From: Capsulimonadaceae bacterium
GTDB taxonomy: Bacteria; Armatimonadota; Armatimonadia; Armatimonadales; Capsulimonadaceae
Length of the DNA stretch: 64,000 nt
NCBI GenBank assembly: GCA_965215505.1
Contig: OZ244065.1
Coordinates: 1,760,001-1,824,000 of the forward strand
Direction of reading: 5' to 3'
Made by a program: the position numbers and the translations under genes. Below, piece by piece: positions 57,150 through 64,000 of the stretch. Position 1 is the stretch's first letter. The number at the start of each line of letters is the position of its first letter. The notes under the pieces were generated by a model, which was not told the DNA's origin, did not search any database, and saw only the letters and a list, made by a program, of their open reading frames with translations.

Positions 57150-59838
57150 GTCTTTGCATAGCCTAAAACATTACCCCACACGCCCCGCGCGCTGGCTCCG
57201 GCGCACCCGCCACTTCCTGTCCCAGACGCGGGCCGACCTGGGCCTGGCCGGCGGGACGCCGCCGGTCTGGCTGCGGGACAACCCGTTCCTCGCCAAAGCG
57301 GGCCGTACCGAAACCCGGCGGCTCGGGCTGCTGCTGCGGCTGGGCCTGACCGTCCTGCTCCTGGCCGGGCTGCTGCTGGGCGGCCTGGGGCTGGAGCGGA
57401 CTTACGGGCAGGCGGTGACGCGCATCGTGGGCTTCCTGTTCGGCATGACCTTCCCCGCCGCCCTGTTCGCCGTCCTCACGTTCATTCACGCCACCGTCGT
57501 GGCGGGCGTCCGCAACGCGCAGGCGACCTCGCTGGCCGATGAGGCGCGGCGGGGGACGCTGCCGGACCTGCTGCTGACGCCCCTGCGCCGGGCCGAGATG
57601 CTGCTGGCGATGGGGGCCGCGCCCGCCCGGACGGCCCTGCTGGTCGCCCTCGCCGGGCTGCCGGTCTACGTCCTGCTCGGCGAGTTCGGGGCATTGACGG
57701 CCGGCGACATTTTCTTCCTTTACCTGCTGTTCGCGCTCCTCAGCTACGCCCCGCCGCTCTACGCCCTCCCCGCGCTCGCGGGCGGGGCGATGACGCCCGA
57801 GACGGCTTTGGGCAAGTTCGGCCTGTCCCAGTCACGCCGCCCGGTCCGCACAGCCGGGTTCGGCAGCACGGGCGGATACATCATCTTCTCCATCTTCTCG
57901 GCCGGTCCCCTGCTCGGCATGATGCGGGGCGGCTGGCTGGGGCACGGGCTGGCGGCCCTGCACCTGCACCTCAACCCGTCCTTCTCGCTCTTCCTGTTCC
58001 TCGGCTGGCCGGTCTACGCCGTCCAGGTCCTGAGCGCCCGGCTGGACTTCTTCCACGGCACCGTCTCCCCGCTGGTCTACGCGCTGCCCCTGCTGGCGGC
58101 CCGCTGGGTCGCCTCCGCGCTCCAGTCGGCGGCGGCACTGTCGGCGGGCGACGCCGACGACATGGCCCGGCTGCCGCTGGCCTCGCGGGCGCGCACCGTC
58201 GCCCGGTGGACGGCGCGGGCGGCGGGCCTGTGCGCCCTGGCCATCCTCTGGCGCGGGTGCGTGGAAGGGGGGGACACGGCGGCCCTGGCGGGCGGGCCGT
58301 TCGGCGTGCCCGGCTGGGACGCGGCGGGGCTGCTGCTGCTGCTGGGCGGGATCGCCCTGCCGGCCGTCTGCGCCCGCGCCCTGGAAACGCCGCCCGGCCG
58401 CAAGGACTCCGCGCTGCGCCCCGCCCTCCTGGTCCTGCGCCGGGCGTTCCGGCGGTGCGCCCGGCCCCTGGCCCTTGCGGGCGGGATGTTTGGGCTGGCC
58501 TGCCTGCTGGGCGGCCTATCGCCGTTCGCCATGCCGGTCTACTCGGTCGCGGGCGAGCTGGCCCTGACGGCCGCGGCCACGGTCTTATGGGGTGTGGGCG
58601 TCCGCCGGGTCCTGCCGTCGGGCGGGCGGGTCGCCCGGAACGTCCTGCTGTATTTGCTGCCCGCCGCCGCCCTGGCCGCGCCGGTTCCGGGCGCATCCTG
58701 GCTGTCCGCCCTCAGCCCCGCCACGGCCTGGCTGCGGTTGTTCCCGGATGCGGCCGGGATGCTGTCCCGCTTCCCGCTGTACCACATCGCCGCGCCGCCG
58801 AGCTTCGCGGTGTGCCTGGCTGGGTCGGCGCTGGTGGGGGCGGTGGGGATGGCCGGGAGGCTTGTGCCGGCTGCCGCGCCGCAGGGCCGGGCACCTTTGC
58901 TGACCCGGCCGTCTTCCCCGGTCCGAGCCGCCTCCGAGGCGAGCGCCCCCCGCCACGCCGCCCGGACCGCCTCCCTGCTGGCCTGGGTGACGGCGCGCAC
59001 CGACAACCCCCTTTTCACCCACGAGGTCCGGACGCGCACCCGGTCGGGCCGGTGGCTGGACTGGCTCGTGGGCGGGCAGCTGCTCCTGCTGGCCGCCATG
59101 GTCGCCGGCCTGGCCTACCCCGACTTCCTGGAGGCGATGGCCGCCACCTCACCGCTGCACTTCTTCGGCAGCGGCGTCGTGAACCCCGGCGCGACGACCG
59201 GGCAGTACGGGATCGCGCGGGTCTGCCTGAACCTCGCCGCCCTGCTGCTGGCGGGGCAGTGCTACGCCCTGGGCTTCCGGGGTCAGATCATCGGCGAGGG
59301 GCTGATCGCGCGGGACCGGCAGCGGGGCATCTGGGGGTTCCTGCTGCTGACGCCCTTGACGGCGCCCCAGATCTTCTGGGGGAAGGTGTGGGGGCAGAGT
59401 TCCCCCGCCGGGGCGCTCTGGGCCGGGTGCGGTCTGGGCGGACTGCTGCTGTACGCCCTGACCATCCCCGCCGTCGGCCCGGTGCCGGCGCTGTGCGCCT
59501 GGCTGGTGGGTCAGGCCTTCGTCGCCTCCCTGTTCGTGCTGGGGCTTGCCTTCGGGGCGGCGCTATCCTCGTACCCAGTCTTTTTCAAGAACCTGCGCGG
59601 GATGGCCGCGCTGCTCTTCACCGCCGCCGTCGGGCTGGCGGTCTGGGCGCAGTTCGAGTGGCTGCCCTTCAGCCTGCCCGCCTGGGGGTCGGCGTCTGGC
59701 TGGAGCCTGCTGTCGGCCCGGCTGCTGCTGGGGATCGGGTACGCGGCGCTCCTGTCTGTCCCGCTGCTGGTGTTCGCGGAGCGGCGGGTGGCGGAGGTCC
59801 GGCGGAAGGACGTGGCGGCGGGGGATGGGGCGGGGTGA
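57058..59838 (+). CDS. Large polytopic membrane protein with two ABC-permease-like modules (start uncertain)
   Basis: Twice DNP.L/F..E.R and E/D.xRG....LLLTPL; many TM segments. Confidence 0.75.
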   Translation: MPRPPSRRAVFYFARPSKIEGKEGAASGAPTSLHSLKHYPTRPARWLRRTRHFLSQTRADLGLAGGTPPVWLRDNPFLAKAGRTETRRLGLLLRLGLTVLLLAGLLLGGLGLERTYGQAVTRIVGFLFGMTFPAALFAVLTFIHATVVAGVRNAQATSLADEARRGTLPDLLLTPLRRAEMLLAMGAAPARTALLVALAGLPVYVLLGEFGALTAGDIFFLYLLFALLSYAPPLYALPALAGGAMTPETALGKFGLSQSRRPVRTAGFGSTGGYIIFSIFSAGPLLGMMRGGWLGHGLAALHLHLNPSFSLFLFLGWPVYAVQVLSARLDFFHGTVSPLVYALPLLAARWVASALQSAAALSAGDADDMARLPLASRARTVARWTARAAGLCALAILWRGCVEGGDTAALAGGPFGVPGWDAAGLLLLLGGIALPAVCARALETPPGRKDSALRPALLVLRRAFRRCARPLALAGGMFGLACLLGGLSPFAMPVYSVAGELALTAAATVLWGVGVRRVLPSGGRVARNVLLYLLPAAALAAPVPGASWLSALSPATAWLRLFPDAAGMLSRFPLYHIAAPPSFAVCLAGSALVGAVGMAGRLVPAAAPQGRAPLLTRPSSPVRAASEASAPRHAARTASLLAWVTARTDNPLFTHEVRTRTRSGRWLDWLVGGQLLLLAAMVAGLAYPDFLEAMAATSPLHFFGSGVVNPGATTGQYGIARVCLNLAALLLAGQCYALGFRGQIIGEGLIARDRQRGIWGFLLLTPLTAPQIFWGKVWGQSSPAGALWAGCGLGGLLLYALTIPAVGPVPALCAWLVGQAFVASLFVLGLAFGAALSSYPVFFKNLRGMAALLFTAAVGLAVWAQFEWLPFSLPAWGSASGWSLLSARLLLGIGYAALLSVPLLVFAERRVAEVRRKDVAAGDGAG

Positions 59839-59839
59839 A

Positions 59840-60045
59840 CCTCTCCCCGGCGCGAGCGCCGACCCTCCCCTCGGAGGGAAGGGGGTGTGGTGGGGGCCAG
59901 GGCACCACTTGATAGGGGCTTGCCGTTGTCGGGCAGTCTTGTCGAAAAACCGCCCGAACGCAAGGGGCCATCAAGAAACGCGTCTCACCCCCCACCACAC
60001 CCCCTTCCCTCCGAGGGGAGGGTCGGCGCTCGCGCCGGGGAGAGG
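59840..60045. repeat. Family-3 inverted doublet, downstream of the DUF559 gene
   Basis: Perfect 57-bp inverted repeat (59840-59896 / 59989-60045) CCTCTCCCCGGCGCGAGCGCCGACCCTCCCCTCGGAGGGAAGGGGGTGTGGTGGGGG. Confidence 0.9.
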
Positions 60046-60485
60046 ATCGGAAGTTCGGAGCGCGGCGGGGCGGCGATTAACTCCCGAGCCTTGGCCAGTA
60101 TCCGCCGCCGCACGGCGTTCAGGTCGGCCCGCAACGCGTCGTTGGGGAACCGCAGGACGGACAGCCCGTAAGCCTCCATCACCCGGTCCCGCTCCGCATC
60201 GTACTCCACCTGGTCATCGTGGATAGGCCCGTCCAACTCAACCACGAGCCGGGCGGCGTCGCAGAAGAAGTCCGCGATGAAGCCCTCGATGATCTGCTGC
60301 CGCCGGAAGTGCAGCCCGCCGAGACGGTTGGCCCGTACATGCCTCCAGAGGAGCCGTTCGCTGGGCGTCATCCGCCGCCGCAGTCGGATCGCCAGCGACC
60401 GCTTCAGGGCACTGTGGCCTGCGGTCACGATGAAGTGCCGGGAAAGTCGTTCGTGTACTGGCCTGTCCGTCGGTTTCTCGTCCAT
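59985..60485 (-). CDS. DUF559 / Vsr-like endonuclease domain protein
   Basis: LRRRMTPSERLLW, FRRQQII.GFIADF, LVVELDGPIH, DAERD...G..VLRF.N; GGAGG SD; C-terminus runs into the repeat. Confidence 0.9.
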   Translation of the reverse strand: MDEKPTDRPVHERLSRHFIVTAGHSALKRSLAIRLRRRMTPSERLLWRHVRANRLGGLHFRRQQIIEGFIADFFCDAARLVVELDGPIHDDQVEYDAERDRVMEAYGLSVLRFPNDALRADLNAVRRRILAKARELIAAPPRSELPILSPARAPTLPSEGRGCGGG

Positions 60486-60499
60486 AAGTGCTGCCTCCT

Positions 60500-60715
60500 G
60501 ATCCTCTCCCCCGTCGCTACGCGCCGTCCCCTCCCCTCAAAGGGAAGGGTATGTGGTGGAAAGTTTGTTTGTTCCATCGAGTGCCTCGCCCTAACCGGGG
60601 GCAGTGTCCAAAAGACCTTTCGGTCACCGCAAACTCCCAGGAAGAGGTGCCCTGGCCCCTATTTACCCACCCTCCCCTTTGAGGGGGGGTCGGCGCTCAC
60701 GCCGGGGAGAGGATC
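60500..60715. repeat. Family-3 inverted doublet, upstream of the DUF559 gene (more diverged)
   Basis: GATCCTCTCCCCCG..CCCTCCCCTCAAAGGGAAGGG..GTGGTGG (60500-60559) and CCCTCCCCTTTGAGGGGGGGTCGGCGCTCACGCCGGGGAGAGGATC (ending 60715). Confidence 0.8.
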
Positions 60716-60728
60716 GGACACGAGAGGT

Positions 60729-61760
60729 TCAGTGCCCCAGCAGTGAGGACGTCCCGCCCTCGGGGGAGATGACGAACGGCTTCGGGACGCCGTAGCGCCC
60801 GCACAGGCTGCCGAGTTCGCCGTCCGCCGCCGAGCCGTCGGTGTTGACCTGGCCCTGCACCTGGGCGACGGCGCTCAGGTCGGGCAGGCCGTTCGAGTCG
60901 TGGTTGAGCAGGGCCACCTGCATCTTGGAAATGATCGTCGTGTAGTCGCCCAGGAACGTCAGATAGCGCCCGGCCAGCGGCGCGCAGGCGGGAGGGGGGG
61001 GCGTGGCCCGGAAGTCGCGGACCAGGCCCTGCCACTTCAGGGCGTACTGGGTGTAGCCCTGGCTGATGCGCTGGGTGTTCTGCTTGGCCGCCGCCTCCTT
61101 GGCTGCCTGATCCTTCGCCTCGTTCTCGCCCTCCGGGTCGTTGGAGATGTCCGGCATCCCCCCGCCCCCCATCCCGCCCATGCTTTCCGCAAGCCCCAGC
61201 ATCGCCGTAGCGCCCGCCGTGTCGTTGTTCATGGCGACCCGCCGCTGCTCGATCTGCTGCAAAAAGTTAAGATAGGCGGCGACATCGGGCGGCAGGGCCG
61301 GGCCGGGCGCGGTGGGGGCGTTTGTCAGGCCGGGACTCCGGACGGCCGGCGCGGTCGGAGCGTTGGTCAAGGCGGGCGCGGCGTTAGGCGGGGCGGCAGG
61401 GGCATTGGTGAGCGCGGGGGCGGCGGTCGGCGGGCTGACCGGGGCATTCGTCAAGGCGGGTGCCGGCACGGGCGGCGGTGCGGCAGAAGCAAGCATGTTA
61501 GACTGCTGATGCAGCCGGGCGGCGAGTAGGGCGACGCCGAGGGCCAGGACGAGCAGGGCGGCGAGCATACCTGGGACCAGCAGCCTGCGCGAGCCGGAGG
61601 CGGCGGCCTCGACCCCGCTGGCTGCGCCGAGCGGCGGGCGCGGGACGCGGGCCGGCAGGACGGTCGGCGCGGACCCGTCCAGGCGGGCGGCGCAGTTGGG
61701 GCAGAATCGGGCGGTCGAGGGGATCTCCTGGCCACATTCGGGGCAAAATCGGGCTGCCAT
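60729..61760 (-). CDS. Zinc-ribbon membrane protein with PALTNAP repeats
   Basis: FCPECG...FCPNC; single TM; P(A/G)LTNAP x4; GGAGG SD. Confidence 0.75.
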   Translation of the reverse strand: MAARFCPECGQEIPSTARFCPNCAARLDGSAPTVLPARVPRPPLGAASGVEAAASGSRRLLVPGMLAALLVLALGVALLAARLHQQSNMLASAAPPPVPAPALTNAPVSPPTAAPALTNAPAAPPNAAPALTNAPTAPAVRSPGLTNAPTAPGPALPPDVAAYLNFLQQIEQRRVAMNNDTAGATAMLGLAESMGGMGGGGMPDISNDPEGENEAKDQAAKEAAAKQNTQRISQGYTQYALKWQGLVRDFRATPPPPACAPLAGRYLTFLGDYTTIISKMQVALLNHDSNGLPDLSAVAQVQGQVNTDGSAADGELGSLCGRYGVPKPFVISPEGGTSSLLGH

Positions 61761-61865
61761 GTTCACCTCCCAAGGCGTACATCGGGGCTTACAAATGCTG
61801 TTGTCACTATACCGTGCTTTCTCCCCTTCCGTCAAGCGGCGCGCAGGAGATTCTTTCCGCGACCG

Positions 61866-61909
61866 TAGACGAAAAGAGCTATAAACGGGTATAATAGAAC
61901 AAGTGTTCG
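61866..61909 (+). promoter_or_regulatory. Sigma70 promoter overlapped by a GAAC-N4-GTTC LexA (SOS) box
   Basis: TAGACG (61866)-N18-TATAAT (61890-61895), then AGAACAAGTGTTCG (61896-61909). Confidence 0.72.
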
Positions 61910-61973
61910 TCAGACGTTCTGCCGGCCTTCAGACGACGTTTCTCCCGCTTCGGACCAACTAGGAACCCCGCCG

Positions 61974-62498
61974 ATGACTACCCGAGTGACCAACCGAGAC
62001 ATGGCCGCCACGCTGTTCAATATCGCCACCCTGCTGCGCGACCGCTCGGACAGCCCGTACCGGATTCGCGCTTACGAGCGCGGTGCGCGCGCCCTCCTGG
62101 CCCGCCGCGACCAGATTGCCGACGCTTTGCGCGAGGCCGACAAGACCCTGCCGCACCGCAAGGGGGTTTTGGGTGAGCGCATCCAGCGCCGCCTGAAGGA
62201 GCTGGCCGAGACGGGCCGCGTGGAGACGCTGGACTCCCTCTGCGCCGACCTGCCCCGGCATATCGGGGCCTTGATGGAGGCCCCCGGCGTCGGCCCGCGC
62301 CTGGCCGAGCGGCTGCACGAGAGCCTGGGGGTGGAGACGGCGGACGACTTGGCCCGCGCCGCCCGCTCGGGCCGCGCCCGCCAGGTGTGGGGCGTCGGCC
62401 CCAAGCGCGAGGCGCAGTGGTCTCAGCCGTCCCTGTTCGGGGAAGGGGAGCTGTTCCCGGACGTCGCCGAAGAGACGAAGCGGCGGATGGCGGCCTAA
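61974..62498 (+). CDS. Helix-hairpin-helix protein resembling the PolX N-terminal (8-kDa + HhH) region, no polymerase domain
   Basis: TNRDMAATL..IA.LL...SPYRIRAYERGAR; G.RI...L.E..ETG; PGVGPRLA; WGVGPK. Confidence 0.72.
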   Translation: MTTRVTNRDMAATLFNIATLLRDRSDSPYRIRAYERGARALLARRDQIADALREADKTLPHRKGVLGERIQRRLKELAETGRVETLDSLCADLPRHIGALMEAPGVGPRLAERLHESLGVETADDLARAARSGRARQVWGVGPKREAQWSQPSLFGEGELFPDVAEETKRRMAA

Positions 62499-62502
62499 CC
62501 TC

Positions 62503-63819
62503 ATGCAAGAAGAAATCGAACTCGACCTCTTCGCCGCCGCCCTGGATACCGGAGCGGCGGACGACGCCGACGGCCCGGACGGCGACGAGCCGCCGGATTG
62601 GCTGGAGGCGGTCGCCGCTGATTATGCCCTGCCGTTCACACTCCCTACCCTGCCGCTCGCCCCGCGCCCGTACCAGAAGGATGCCCTGACGGCATGGGGT
62701 CGGGCATTGGGGCGGGGCGTGGTGGTCTTGCCGACGGGGGCGGGAAAAACGGTCGTCGCCCTGATGACCATGGAGGCGATGCAGGTGACGACTCTCGTTG
62801 TCGTCCCGACGATTGACCTCATGCACCAGTGGCACGACGGGATCAAAGAGAAGTTCGGGCTGGACGAGACGCAGGTCGGCATGGTCGGCGGCGGGTTCAA
62901 GAACGCCCGGCCCGTGACGGTCATCACTTACGACTCGGCGGCCATGCCTAAGCGGGACCTGTCCGACTACGGGCTGCTGATCTTCGATGAAGCCCACCAC
63001 CTGCCCTCGGCCTCCTACCGGACCATCGCGACGCGCGCCGATGCGCCATTCCGTTTGGGGCTGTCGGCGACATTAGAGCGGTCCGACGGGCGGCATGACG
63101 ACATCGCGCGGCTTGTCGGCCCGACGGTCTTTGAACGGCAGCCGCAGACGCTGGCCCGCGACAAGCACATCGCGGACTACAAAGTCGAGCGCGTGTCCAT
63201 TGACCTCACCGACGACGAGCAGGCGCGCTACGACCAGCTCACGTCCGAGTTCTCCTGGTACATGGCTTCCAACCGGACCAAGCTGATGATGACCGGGGCG
63301 GCGAACCTGTTTGAAGCCCTGATCCGCAGCGCGGGTTATGACCCCGCCGCCCGTCAGGCCCTGCGATCCCACCGGGAAGCGCGGATGCTGGCGATGAACG
63401 CCGAGCGCAAGATCCAGGCCGTCGAGGCGCTGCTGACGCGGCACCGGGATGACAAAGTGATCGTGTTCTCCGAGTGGAACGTCATCGTCAATGACCTGTC
63501 CCGCCGCCTCTGCCTGCCCGCGATCACCTACCGCACCCACGCCGACGAGCGGCGCGATATCTTAGACAAGTTCCGGGCGCAGAAGTATTCCAAGCTGGTC
63601 ACGGGCCGCGTCTTGAACGAAGGCGTGGACGTGCCCGACGCCAATGTCGCCATCGTCGTCTCCGGGTCGTCCACGACGCGCGAGTATATCCAGCGGCTGG
63701 GGAGGGTCCTGCGGCCGAAGCCGGGCCACGCGCACCTGTATGAGCTGGTGTCGCGCGGAACGAGCGAGGTCAAGACGGCCCGCAAGCGCAAGCCGGTGGA
63801 GAAGGCCGAGACAACTTAG
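62503..63819 (+). CDS. XPB/Rad25-like superfamily 2 DEAH helicase
   Basis: PRPYQ, GVVVLPTGAGKT, IFDEAHHL, LGLSAT.ERSDG, NEGVDVP, QRLGRVLR. Confidence 0.9.
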   Translation: MQEEIELDLFAAALDTGAADDADGPDGDEPPDWLEAVAADYALPFTLPTLPLAPRPYQKDALTAWGRALGRGVVVLPTGAGKTVVALMTMEAMQVTTLVVVPTIDLMHQWHDGIKEKFGLDETQVGMVGGGFKNARPVTVITYDSAAMPKRDLSDYGLLIFDEAHHLPSASYRTIATRADAPFRLGLSATLERSDGRHDDIARLVGPTVFERQPQTLARDKHIADYKVERVSIDLTDDEQARYDQLTSEFSWYMASNRTKLMMTGAANLFEALIRSAGYDPAARQALRSHREARMLAMNAERKIQAVEALLTRHRDDKVIVFSEWNVIVNDLSRRLCLPAITYRTHADERRDILDKFRAQKYSKLVTGRVLNEGVDVPDANVAIVVSGSSTTREYIQRLGRVLRPKPGHAHLYELVSRGTSEVKTARKRKPVEKAETT

Positions 63820-63887
63820 GGGCGCGATTTATCGTGCCCTTTCTTCGGACGAAAGCATTCAGAGGGCGCGGCAAGCAGCGCCCCTAC
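63817..63887. repeat. GTAG-type REP doublet overlapping the helicase stop codon
   Basis: TAGGGGCGCGATTTATCGTGCCCT ... GAGGGCGCGGCAAGCAGCGCCCCTAC. Confidence 0.75.
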
Positions 63888-63934
63888 AAGATGGCCCGCG
63901 TTCGACCACAAGTATCCCAGGAGCATCACACACC

Positions 63935-64000
63935 ATGGCCTTCCGCCAAGAGGATTTCAAGAAAACCAGCCGCAAAGGGACCGGGGACGCGCCCGCGTCC
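63935..64000 (+). CDS. Partial CDS (MAFRQEDFKKTSRK...), possibly the DUF790/Bax1-like partner of the helicase
   Basis: AGGAG upstream; open to the window edge. Identity is inferred only from the usual XPB-DUF790 gene pairing. Confidence 0.4.
   Translation, partial: MAFRQEDFKKTSRKGTGDAPAS

Overview
High-GC bacterial chromosomal window, probably Armatimonadota (Capsulimonas-like). The taxonomy is inferred from the VPEASTTVSFGLLLALG-type PEP-CTERM tail, the [27 protein letters not shown]9-DG prepilin-like proteins and a large Alu-type SRP RNA. Housekeeping genes: ppa, ffs-dnaX-ybaB-recR and a MalK-type ATPase. Accessory or metabolic blocks: a Gly/FG-rich lipoprotein operon with orphan genes; a sulfatase-like/sulfotransferase/Gfo-Idh-MocA operon; a mannitol cluster; a CHASE3-PAS hybrid two-component operon; a PilGHI-like ABC module; a vWA / J-like-FHA / PP2C / Ser-Thr kinase operon with Thr-repeat tracts; a G2-peptidase-like beta-helix gene divergent from a LuxR-like regulator; a duplicated prepilin-TPR unit ending in a CRTAC1/ASPIC gene; and a LexA-box-preceded HhH + XPB-like helicase operon at the right edge. 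At least four families of short palindromic repeats are interspersed. One family brackets a DUF559 (Vsr-like) endonuclease gene with inverted doublets, which is the best candidate for an undescribed nuclease-repeat mobile system. No CRISPR array, rRNA, tRNA or transposase was seen. All family assignments come from motif recognition by eye; no database searches were run.
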